A stretch of 64,000 bases of DNA, from assembly GCA_973895155.1 (NCBI GenBank), contig OZ316892.1, forward strand, positions 9,404,283 through 9,468,282. The letters are read 5' to 3'. The stretch is from Marsupella aquatica (Eukaryota > Plantae > Marchantiophyta). A model generated the notes under the pieces. The model did not search any database, was not told where the DNA came from, and worked only from the letters and a program-made list of their open reading frames with translations. Shown here piece by piece: positions 52,055 through 63,820 of the stretch; position 1 is the stretch's first letter, and each line of letters begins with the position of its first letter. A program made the position numbers and the translations under genes.

Positions 52055-55000
52055 ATCAATCTGAGAATTCTGATTCACTTGACTCGGACCTGTCGATGGA
52101 TTCTGCCTCCATGTCTAAAAATTCATTCTCGGCCATATCATCAACATATCGACTACGAATAAATTTTCTATCAGACCCTCTCCTTAATCTCAAACCTTTA
52201 TGCTCCCAATGGAGGGTCCGCACACTATTAGCTCGTCTAGCAATATTCTCAGCATAGGAAGGTAGTACAAATGGTTTCTCGGGAGTTTTAATATATCGCC
52301 TAGCTACTTTCCTTCTGAGTTTGAAACGCCGGCGAAGATTCCAGTCTGACCTGAGGACGAGAAGTTTAGGGGTTTATGTCAACACCAAGAATATTTAAAA
52401 AAACAAAAAAAATAACGAGAAATCTAAGAGAGAATAAGGTAATCTACTAAAAAACCCCAAAAAAGGGTTTGCTTAAGAGCTTACTCGGAAGCTTCTTACT
52501 CAGAAGAGTCTCCGCTGTCACTCCCTCCATTAGATCCTGGATCTTCTCCGGTAAGGGACACTTTGGGAATGTTAGGATCCTCCTCTTCTTCCCCCTCTTC
52601 TGTCTCATCCTCATCTTCAGAATCAAAATTTAAAACAGACTTCAGTTTGTCTCTCTTTCGTTTTGAAATTGAAGACTTTGGAGGGGCTTTGGGCTCAGAC
52701 TCTTTTGGAGTAAGAAGATCCAGAAATACCTTAGAAGCGGTTTCCACAAACTCCTTCCTATTCTTGAGTCCAATTACAAAACGACCACAATTATCACCTG
52801 CAACAAATGTACTCCCCGAACCTACAGCCCAATCCAGAACAATATCTCCTGGACACATAATTAGTTCCAACACAGCCTGCATGAATCCTGGATGTAGTCT
52901 GGCATTCCCGGAAAATTCAAGCTCCAGAGTTGTATCAACCTTCGCGAAGGGAAGTCCAATCAGATTTGTAATGGAAGGATCCTCTATTTTTGAAAGGGGT
53001 TTGAACTTAGGATCTTTTGGGACTTTCACCTTGGATGATATCCGCAAAAATACATCCAAACGTAAAGTGAATACCCGAAAAGGGAACAAAATAGAGGAAG
53101 GACCCTTAGATTACAATAGCGTCGGGCGCTAGCACATAATCCACAAAATCCGTTGAATAGTTTACCTGAAATAAGGTCAAATAAAAAAGAAAGTAATAGA
53201 TAATATGAATAGCGCCGGGCGCTAGCAAAAGGATCAATAAAATTACCTGTAAATCAGACTTTGCTTTGTACATTGGGAACCCCATGACGACATTATGTGT
53301 ACATAGACACTGGAATTTCTTGGACTCTTGACAAGCGGAGATGACCTGCGAAATTTGATCATACTCCCCCGTATGGAGTATCGCAATAATTCCGTCATCC
53401 GACAAAAAAGGATCCATTGCCCGGAAAAAGGATTGGGCTAGGGTACAGTCGGGGATGTTCCATTTAGGGACCTTTCTGTCAAGCAAAGTCGGTTTTAGTC
53501 CAGTTGGCAAGTAAATAAAACCAGCGTCAACACCAAAAGGTCTTTGCTTCCCACCCCTCACCACTCCTTTCAGCCGGCATCCAGATTTTATCAGGTCTTT
53601 CCCCCACTTTTCGGCATCATTTACCCATTCCGGCTTCTCCTCATTAAACACACTGTCCACAAGTTCACTGACACTGGTCTCAACGAAACAATGACGAGAC
53701 GACTTGGCTTTAAAATCCCCAACATCACGTTGGAGCCCAGTGGCAGCTTGAGAATCCCGTTCTGATTGTCCAGCATCTCGAGTCCTTCTACTTTTCTTTT
53801 TTGTACTCGTCGCATCGACTGGGACAATCAATTTCCCAGAATTAACTGGTGTAAGTGGATCTGGCAAAGCGCCAGTATTTGCTTCTGAAGCTTCTGGAGT
53901 AACCTTCGTATCATCTGTGCCATCTGCATCTGACTTCTTTTGACCTATGGACATATTGCAAAGAATGTGGGATTAGGGCCTTCAAGCAAACACTGATGAA
54001 GATTGAATCACAAGAATGGCAGCGCCGGGCGCTAGCAAACATTTGATAAAAGATTGAAAACTTACGTTTCTTTCCGGATCGCGTGGAGGCACTTGGCACT
54101 GCAGTGTCTATTTTAACTTTCCCTCGTGGCCTGCGGCTCCTATCTACATGGACAACTACTGTCTCACAGATTGTCTATAACTCTGTAGAAGATTTATCGA
54201 CGTCGCTAAGGAGACCTTGCTTCATCTCAGAAACAATGTTGGGAAGGATCTGCGACTTTGCAAGTTTCAGAAACCAATCCTTCTCCACTTCATCAAAGGG
54301 TGAATCCCACTTGTCTGTGTCAAGGTACCATGGGCAGTGAATTCTTTCCCAATCGGACATTTCCCTTGGGGGTAGTTTACCCTCAGCAAGATACATCGAG
54401 TATAAGTCACAAACAAGATCTCCCTCCTTTACAGTAATCCACTTGTGAAATGCGACTGGATACAACCAAAGAGCATCCGGGGAATGAATTTCCATCCAAA
54501 TGTAGAAACGATACAAATACCTCTTGGCCCTCTTCTGATTTTTCTCGGTATATACCTCTTTATCAGGGTATTTTGATGGCCACATGGTGTTGAAGAACTT
54601 TGCCTTCACAAGATCCCCATACCTTCGGAATTCACTTGAAATTACTTCAATCAGATTTTCTACCGAGTCACACCCTGACTGGGCAAGCCTATCAACCGGT
54701 AGCGTTTCAATCGTTGCGGAAATTGCCGAGTGTAGCATCCCAATTGCAATTCCCTCGACGGTATTCCATGTTCGCCATGTGTGGCACCACTGCTTCATTG
54801 GATCATCGTTCACACTCGAAGGGTGGAAGAATTGTTTTCTCAACTCTAGAGTACAGTGAGCAACGAGCAATGTACACCTCTATTTTGGATCAAGCGCCGA
54901 AACTGCAGTGAAGAGTCTGGCACGGTCCATAGTGCAAACAATCGAATCTGGTTTTTTCTCTCGCTTGTTTTTCTCTGTCAAAACATACATCTCTGCACAG

Positions 55001-56393
55001 GTACCTAGAAAATCTTCAAACTCGGGACTAAGAAGAGGAGTGATTTTGGACATTTTTGTGGACCAATCTTTAGTAGATTCTTTCAACATGAGCGATTGCC
55101 GCTTTGTGATGTCATCAGCCGACCAAGGATTGCCTTGACTTGCTGCTAGTGCCATGTCCATCTTGAACTGGTTAGTGTAAGCTTTGATTTTGTTTTCGCA
55201 TAAAATATAGACTAGAGCTTCCAGAGGCATTTTTCTTGTGTACCAAGAATGTTTTCGAGTCTTCTGTTTGATATACTCAAACTTTGCATAATTGGCACTA
55301 TCAATGATAGACTTGTAGTGCTCTAGATTGTGAGAAAGAATCCTCCGGATTCTGTTTGCGTCAAGGATCCACGACGGTTCAACAACGGCCTGCCCTAACC
55401 TGCAATAGGTCAGGTTTTCAATTATTAGCGCCGGGCGCTAGCTTAACTTAAACACTCAATTATCCTATAAACACTGTATTATTTTATAAACACTCCATAA
55501 ACACTGTATTTATGTAATCAACAAGTATTGCGGAAATCGTTAATTACAAGCTAGGGCAAAAAAATGTACTGGTTCACAGTGTGCATAGCCGCCTCAATCT
55601 GAATTTGTGACGCTTTGCCACCCTTGAAAATTGTGCAGAGAACTCTGGGATGATACTTGACGTTGTCAGGATTTTCCTTAGTGACCATCGTCCATGAGTA
55701 AAGTCGATGATTCCCGTCAAACACTGAGAACATTTTGTCTTTCAAGATCATAAAGGTAGGATCTGCCTCGCACTCCAGCTCAAACTTCTTGTTCTCAGCA
55801 ACCCAAATTGGATCCCAACTCCCCCTGATCTCTTCAGTGCAAATTTGCTCCACACCATCCGAATCGGTCGGTTGTACAAAAAACCGCATTCCTATCCTGG
55901 GATTGTATCCACTACTTCGGAATGAGTCTTTCAATTTCTCAATTGACGCACTCTCCTTCTGTAACGTCCGAACAACCTCCATGTGGACCAGGCGACAAAG
56001 CGGAATCCGTGGAGGTTCCTTCTCATTACCCCGTAAATCTTTCCCAAATGACATAATGTGTTTGGAGATGACTTCATCCATTCCAAGTCTTACCTCGTTG
56101 CCCTCTCCCAAAGCGTAATCGGTCATGCCATCAGTCTCCATTCTGCCCCTTCTTGGCTTCTGGCTCGGGAGTGTTGTGTTCGACGAAGGAATCGCTCCGC
56201 TCGATCTTGTAACACGACTCGAATAGAATGCCCTTGAGAATGAAGATTGTGTACTCTCGCAATGACCCTGATCTCCCTCCGGAACCGTGGTATACCCTCT
56301 TGGAGAGCTTGGAGCGCTTGAAGGTTGCATCGTGGAGCCCCAAAGTTTGTGAAGGTGCTTGTACGACACAGAGCCAGTGTCTATTCTCACGCT
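52055..56393 (-). pseudogene. Multi-exon accessory gene: ParB/Srx-like N-terminal domain plus C-terminal beta-class N6A/N4C DNA methyltransferase-like domain; two in-frame TAG stops
   Basis: RIPLCRLVH...VRTL...FSVFDGNHRL (55551-56390); VDAGFIYLPTG...FLSDDGIIAIL (53106-53954); HPGFMQAVLELIMCPGDIVLDWAVGSGSTFVAGDNCGRFVIGL (52496-53089); GT-AG intron about 55400-55570 keeps the frame. Confidence 0.72.
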
Positions 56394-56693
56394 CTGAATA
56401 GATTACTGTACAAAAAGAACAACCAGGAAACCTTTAAAACTTGGGCGGTTGACATCATGGGAGGTAGATCGATGCGGAAGGAAAGGATGTCACTCACCAA
56501 TCATGACAAGGACAAGTGGCCGATACTGTTTAGAATGAGTATATGTAATGCCTCTTTTTAAGTGGGGTAAGGCAGGAGCGATGATCCGTAGGCTATTGTT
56601 AAGGAAGTCAACTGCAAAAAGCGCGAAACAATGAGTACGTTCATGCACTTTACCGTTAGATATAACCATTGGGATAATACAAGTCATTCCTTT

Positions 56694-58373
56694 CACTAGT
56701 ACATTTTACCTCCTTTTTCCGATTCTCTCCACATCGGACGCCTTTGTAAAATAAAATTTGAAAAACCATATATCCAATACTACTAGCATCGCAACATGCC
56801 ATTTTAATAGTATCGGATATCGACAATCGGACTTCTATCGGAAAGTCCGATGGTGGGAGAATGGGAAAGTCCGATGGTGGGAGAATGGGAAAGTCCGATG
56901 CTAGGAGAATGGGAAAGTCCAATGGTGAGAGAATGGGAAAGTCCGATGCTAGGAGAATGGGAAAGTCCGATGGTGAGAGAATGGGAAAGTCCGATGCTAG
57001 GAGAATGGGAAAGTTTGAAGCAATCAAAATGGGATATGCATTTCAGTGGACGCGACATGCTCAGGTCACCCATCTCTTCCTTTAATTGGGTTTCTACTTT
57101 CATTTGGAATTATGAGCTAGGTGCCCATCTCCCTTGACATGTGAACTCTTCAAATTTTCTCAACTAATTGGTCACCCATCCCAATTGCTATTCCTCCAAC
57201 ATGAGCTTAACTTTGTGGTTCTTATTCCTTACATTGTACATGCAAGCTTAGCACTTTTGTTGTTTGACTTAGAGTGTTTGGGGATTTTATACACTTGTGA
57301 GTTTACTAAGACCCATAATTTGGACCCATTCTTGATCCATTTTTCTCTATCATGAGATTAGATCTTTGCATCAAGTGACCTATTCTAGTTACCCTATTAC
57401 ATTCCCCTAGGAGAAACCAATAGAAATCTGGCAGGGGTCATTCATCGATAGTAAAGCCCTCCTTCATTAGATTTGATATGGGATAATTATGGCTTATTAG
57501 TTATGGATGATATTTTGGTCCTTCCAAAGCCTCAGCGTCAATGGCTCCTGATTGTCTCATCTTTTATCAACTATGTTGTTGTTGGACTTGCAACAAAGAC
57601 TACATGGGACAAGCAACCTCCTTCTAGATGATGTATTTTGGACTTGGCATGTTGAGCACATATTTCCGTAAGGGAACAATATGTTGGGTCTTGGAATGAG
57701 GCAAAAACAACACTCAAGTCCATTTGCCTCAAGTATGAAGTTATTCATGCATGCAAGAATGATTGCATCTTTTGGGAATATGTCGGTGCAACCACATACC
57801 CCATCTAACACATCAAAACTTTTCATTCTAACACAATCAAAAATTTTCTTTTTGTCATAACCAGACTTTCCCATACTCCCAGCATCGGACTTTCCCATTC
57901 TTCTAGCATCGGACTTTCCCATACTCCCCGCATCGGACTTTCCCATTCTTCCAGCATCGGAATTTCCCATTCTTCTAGCATCAGACTTTCCCATACTCCC
58001 AGCATCAGACTTTCCCATTCTTCCAACATCGGACTTTGCCATGTTAGCACAATCGGATATAATATCCGTTATTATTAACTACGGAAAGTTTCCGATCAAT
58101 ATTGTAACGCACATCATTTTCGTTACAAAAAACATCGGACATATCAATCAAAGTTTATGTTGAGGGATCCGATGTGCTTTCTAACGGATATGATCCGTTT
58201 TTTAACGCATCGGAAAGGTTCCGTTGTCAATTATATCGGAAATGAAGATATCCGAAGCTGAGAGTATGGCATATTGCCATTTTTTGATAATCGGAATTTC
58301 CGATGCTAAAAGAATCGGACGCCGATTGTTCGCAAAAATTGAGCATCGGAAATCAGCTTAATATGTACTAGTG
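56694..58373. mobile_element. Non-autonomous CACTA deletion derivative, copy 2 (inverted relative to 12330-14011)
   Basis: TIRs CACTAGTACAT / ATGTACTAGTG, TSD TTT, near-identical reverse complement of copy 1. Confidence 0.96.
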
Positions 58374-58910
58374 TTTCAATACTAGCGCCAGGCGCTAGCA
58401 TTCAAAAACCACCAGAATAACATCATTAACACTGATGTTAGCCATGAAATTATGTCAGCGCCCGGCGCTAACTATATTTTATACGTGTATATTTCCTACA
58501 AACAACAATTATATAAAACAAACTCAATGTATTTTGACATTGATGTTATTCCAATAAAATTAATAGAGTTTTGCACCATTAATTGGATGTGGATTAATGA
58601 TAGAGCCTGGCGCTAGCATATGAAGTTTGGTTTTGGGTTTTAATTCCGTGACATATTTATGGTAGCGCCGGGCGCTAGTAAATATCTGACCGTGTTTCTC
58701 AAACTATATTATTGATGTTACCAGTACGTAGTGACGTTGGCAAAACGACAAACAATATTTATGTTTCTAGATTTTACGACTAGTACCAATTTTGTCGTTC
58801 ACAAACGATAATCTTCTGGAGTTTGTTACGAATTCACTTAACTTAAGTCGGGTTATGTTCTTCTATTCTCTCATTTTCTCTGTTTGTCAATTCGGGATTA
58901 TTGTTCCGCA

Positions 58911-61900
58911 ATGTCTAATTCAGTTGTGCTTCTGCGTTCTAGAACTGGAGAGATTGTACGCATTCCTTTAGGTTCTTCCGATACGTACAAACAGGTTAGT
59001 GAGAACTATCTTTGTGGAAGATTTGACATTGGCATCAATGACATTCTTTCCATCAAACCTGTTGATGCTTCTGGAGATGAGGCTGGTGACGCATTGTTTG
59101 ATATCGACGATGGAGTCAGATTTTGGCAACTGAACGCTGGGAAGAGATACTATATCAATCTTCGAGATAATTCCGTTACGAATGAAATTCATCCGGTTCC
59201 CGTCATTCACCTTTCCGATAGTGATGAGGAGGATGTTGCCGTTCATTCGCAAAAATCGCCCAATCCAGGAACTTCGGTCAAGATGGAAGGTCAGTTTCCT
59301 TTTGAGACACACGTTGCGGGGGGTGTTGCGGAGACACACGTTGTGGGGGGTGTTGCGGGAGGTATTGTCTATCGTCGAAGCGCGATGGATGCTATTCTCA
59401 AATCAACTAGCCATAGTGAACTATCGCGATTCATCCGAACATGTGATTTCAGGCATGAGCAGGTGAATTGCCTCCCAAGTAAATACAATGGAAACGTTGT
59501 ATTTGAATTGCCTCTCGTAGAAGGTCTTCTTTCAAAAGGTTCAAGACTCCATGACATGGATCGGCCGAAAGACTGCTACTTCTAGACACGAATATTTCCA
59601 ACCTCTGCGAATGTACAACCGAAAAAGTTCTGGGAATTTGGTAAAGTGACGTGTACAGGAGCACTAGAATGTCAGAATCAGAAGTGTGATTATCTTTTGC
59701 GGAAGAAACGAAGAAATTGTAAAGCTTGGGATGGGACACCCAAACTCGCGGGGCCACATACTGTAGGAAAGATGATTGACGAGGGTGGCGTAGTTTGTCA
59801 CTATTGCCAACGATTACCCTTTTGTACTGAAGCATGTCCTGCAATGCTTTTTTATATGTACCCTCAACTACTTCTAGACGCGGATACTTGTAAGCATATG
59901 TCCCGTCTTGCTGTGCATGTCGGAACTCATGCTCATCCCAGTCGAAAAGTTTTTTCTCGTGGTGCTGAAAAGATTGCTCACAACTTCATAAAGAAACAAC
60001 ATGAAGCTACGCCGTGTGCCACACCATCGGGTCTGAAGAACGCTATAACTGGATCTTTAAGGAAGGCTCTTTGTGTGTCCAACAATGACATTGGTGAATT
60101 GGAGGAAAGAGAAATTTGGGAGTCGTTAATGGTAGTTTCGACCCCTCAAAAGTTTGCATCTCTTTTTCGAAGCGTTCGGCAAGACCAAAAAGGCAAAGGT
60201 GAGTTGGAGTTTCTTGTTGAAATGCAGAAATGCATAATCTTTCCCTTTCTACAACATTACATGCTCCCAGGTCAAGGCTGTAAAGAGGATACGCCACATA
60301 TTTTCAAAATGACTGTAAAAGGGCACGGATCTGGAGTTGATTTGTTGCGCCAAATGCAGCCTGGAGGTCCATTGGAAGGGGCATGGGTCAGTTTTGATGT
60401 GATGAGGAGGATGACAAAAGATTGGATAACTTTTAGTGCACATGTTTATGATCACAATTATCGTGCTCTTTGCACAATTTTCACATGTGAGTTGAAAGCA
60501 GAAGATTCAGAGTCTCTAGAGAAAGCCTGGAAATTGATGATTGAGGTTTGCCATGAAAATGGGTTGGATAATGTTGTAATCCATGGATTCATGGCTGACA
60601 ATGCCCAAGCTGGGTGGAATGCTGTTCGGAATGTATTTTTCGGAGGACATCCTAACCCAGAAAAGGAGCGATCGGATGCGTTTCACTTCTATCAATCGTT
60701 TCATCGTCACTCGATTGAAGGTGTATTGGAAGAAAAATGAGATGAGCATCGGAAGATGTGGGACTCTTTAAGGAACGCGTCCACATTTCTTGGAGCGTAC
60801 AGAATTTCAAGGGATATCGATGTATGGTGGAGATCTGGGAATTGTGTTCCAGGGAAGCTTCGAATGCTCCAAGGTTGGTTGGCGTGGTGGGTGGTCCGAT
60901 GGCGTCAATGGGGAAATTTCATTTGTTTGGTGAGTTTCAACATCCAGTAACCACTCAAACTCATACTAGCGCTTGGCGCTACCATTATTTTCAGTTAGTG
61001 TGGTCTCGTAGGTTTCGTTCATCATTATCTTGTTTTTGATACTAGCGCCCGACGCTAGTATTAATGGACCACTTGTTTCTTAAATTTAGCAAAAATATGG
61101 TTTGAAGTTGCTAGCGCCATGCGCTGTCATTGATTTTATGTACATGTGGCTAAGTCATATTTCCTAAAATCTGCTCCTATGGTGGATGCAGAACAAAAGC
61201 GTGGAGGAAAGCGCTATGATTCCTAACTGTACTACTTCAGAGGCGGCGCATTCCATAATGAAGGCTTGGCAAACTAAGAAAAAGGCTGGCCTATTCGAAG
61301 CATGTGAGATGGACCAAAATAGGGGTGTCTCACAAGTTGCAGCATATACGGCGTATAAGAGAGGTCTTCACCAAGGAACCGGACCTACAATTTGGGAATT
61401 GGCATTCCATTCGGCGGACCAGGCAGGTTCTTCAAAACTTTTCCAAGATGCTTCCAATATGCTTCTTTCTGGTGTGGCTGAATTCGACCTGGAAAGGAGT
61501 GGTCCACTCAATGGGGATGTTACAACAAAGTCTATGAAGAGGAAAGGTTAGGCCTCTGGGAACATCTCGGCACAAGACTCCCATCGGCATGACACTATTC
61601 TTGTAACATCACCCAATACTCGAGGCATGAAGAGGAAAAACTTAAACAAGACCGAATTCTCCCCGAATGCAGAGGGACCTGTTCACGATAACATTGGCGT
61701 TGTGGATCTGTTGGAAAGCGAAATTGAAGAAGGCTGTCAGTGGAGTACTCCGCCATGGAGGAGGGTGACAAGGTCTTCTGTAGCACCGCAAAGTGCACCT
61801 CTGAACCTCCAAAGGGTTGTCCATGACTCATCTGTGTTGGAGACAGATGTGCGACCAGGTGCTTGGCACCTGCGAAGAGTGACAAAACATGGTGCAGGGC

Positions 61901-62709
61901 CTCAATGTAATGGATCTCTTGGTGGTAAATCGGAGCGAGATGAGTGTCAAAATTGTCTGAAAAAGGTTGGTTACCCGTCAACGGATGGTGTAGTTGGCAT
62001 TGTTGTCAAAGGACACCGCATGTTCAGGGGAGAACCACATCCTGAGATGATTTGGTTCTGTCCCAATAATGCATGCCATAAGAGTCGGCCCCGTCGTAAT
62101 GTGGTGAATCTTCCCCCGTTTCCTCATACCCTGCCCGTTTTGAAGGGCACAAATCTTTCGGAAGCTGAGGTCCAATTCCTATCTCAGCAAGGGATTGCGA
62201 TCAATCCAGAGGCCGGACGTCAGGCTCCTCCATCTCCATTTGACTTGCGAATCAATGTGAATGTTTTCCCTGAGAAAATCAATCTCCTGGAGACAAATAT
62301 CCGCCTTCGGAGTAGGAATGGTAAAAATATAGTCCCACGTTCAAATCTTTCACAAGGACACAACAAAAGAATTGAATCTGCAAACAACGAGTTGATGACA
62401 CTTATTCAACAGTTTGATGTTTCAATCGGAAACTCTTGGGGCAAACAATTTCAGATCCAGACCCAAGAGAAACTTCGTACGGCAAACACTTACTGGGTGC
62501 AGATTTGTATTTTCCCCTGCTGTTCTTGTGAGGACTTCTATCGTCGCCATTCTCATGGATGGCCTTTCATGCCTTGCAAGCATCTATATTGGGTTTATAC
62601 CAACGTCCTCAAACTAGATGTCGTGGATTCAACTTTGGCTAGTCGGCCAATTTTGACTGTAGGTGAGGTGAGGCTCATTCTAGCTAGGCAGAATTCTCTA
62701 AACTTATAG
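58911..62709 (+). pseudogene. MULE-type DDE transposase with N-terminal Cys/His finger and C-terminal SWIM finger; intron about 60930-61191; three in-frame stops (59583, 60738, 61549)
   Basis: CTGALECQNQKC..CHYC..HVGTHAH; WVSFD, GFMADNAQAGWNAVRNVF..DAFHF, TTSEAAH; SWIM CSCEDF...CKHLYW. Confidence 0.85.
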
Positions 62710-63293
62710 ACTAGAGATTTAGTAACGTTGAACGGCTCCAACCTCATTTGTCGCATTGCAACGTTTCATTTCTTTTCAACGATCACATTTGGTTAATATA
62801 TATGGCTAGCGCTCGGCGCTAGCATAAGTTTGTCCCGTTCTGAGTGAATCTCTTTCATTTCATGGGCCGGATGGATTCTTTAAAGTACTTGTGTTTGAAA
62901 CCAAAATTTTCGTTTCTTAACATTCTGGGAATGGAATTCTTCTCATCTAAACTCTTACACTTGTAGGTATTTTTGCAATAAGTTTATTGCAATGGGCTAG
63001 AAATCTTGGTTTGTTTTTTGTTAGCGCCTAGCGATATTATAGAATACAGTTCCGATTCCGATGATATTTTTAAGATAAGTAACATTTTGAGTGTGTTTCG
63101 TATCAGCAGCCAGTGTATGGTTGGACCCACTCGATGGTTTATGTATATTTGGTGGAGAAGTGACTGCATTTAGTTGTTGTAAGGAACCCGATCAAGTGTT
63201 ACCTTTCGCTAAAATGTGGGCTCAAAACTTCAAAACATTCATGGTACAGGTTCCTGTTTTCCTGTTAACAAGAGTTCTGTTTTCCTGTTTCCT

Positions 63294-63820
63294 CGACATT
63301 CACTGAGAAGCGGGTGGACAGGTCTGGAGCAACTAGAGAAGAATCTGTACAGTATGTAGGGGCCTTGACAGATATCTTAGTACTGAATTACGGCAGCTTG
63401 AGGAAAGAGGTGATTCTTTTCAAGGGGAAATGGGCAGATCCATCATGGACTCCTAAATCCTCTGCCAGTATGAGGTATTCTGAGTCTGGTCTTTGGCAGG
63501 TGAATTTCCATAGAGAACTGGGTGTGTCCAAGAAAATGGATTACGTTTTCCCAAAGCAAGTGGAGCAGGTTTTCTTCCACCCCAATGAGAAGGGGATAGC
63601 ATGGAGAACAATCCTCCACAAAGAATCCAGGTCCACAAGGGTGTTAGGTGATTACACAGATGTTGATTTCCATGCTACAATGGAAAACAATGCCAAATTA
63701 CACATTGAATTGGCTAAAGCCTGTAGGACTAGAGCAAATCCAGGACCAAGTACTGGTCCCAAACGAGGCAGAGATGCAGAGGGATCTGCAAGAAAGGGTA
63801 GGCCTAAGCAGCGAATAGGT
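63294..63820 (+). pseudogene. 3' part (DUF4216-like) of the CACTA C transposase
   Basis: YVGALTDILVLNY...VILFKGKW...YVFPKQVEQVFF...WRTI in ORF 63314-63964. Confidence 0.85.

Larger units (their letters stand above)
49944..63036. repeat. Dispersed 15-bp palindrome TAGCGCCnGGCGCTA, about 22 copies, restricted to the Mutator-like element
   Basis: Copies start at about 49944, 50017, 50102, 50292, 50571, 51570, 51694, 51870, 51994, 53117, 53210, 54020, 55426, 58383, 58456, 58601, 58663, 60967, 61043, 61112, 62807, 63022. Confidence 0.92.
49750..63293. mobile_element. Mutator-like (MULE) DNA transposon with a divergent accessory gene; right TIR truncated
   Basis: Left end GGGGTATTTACATAAGACAGGAAACAGGAAAACAG; right end ...TTCTGTTTTCCTGTTTCCT is its partial inverse; splits the CACTA C transposase; MULE/SWIM transposase inside; no TSD visible. 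Confidence 0.85.

Noticed and set aside
52055-56393. Bacterial contamination, prophage or restriction-modification/partition operon
   Set aside because: The gene has spliceosomal GT-AG introns, lies inside a TIR element nested in plant TEs, and no ParA or endonuclease is evident
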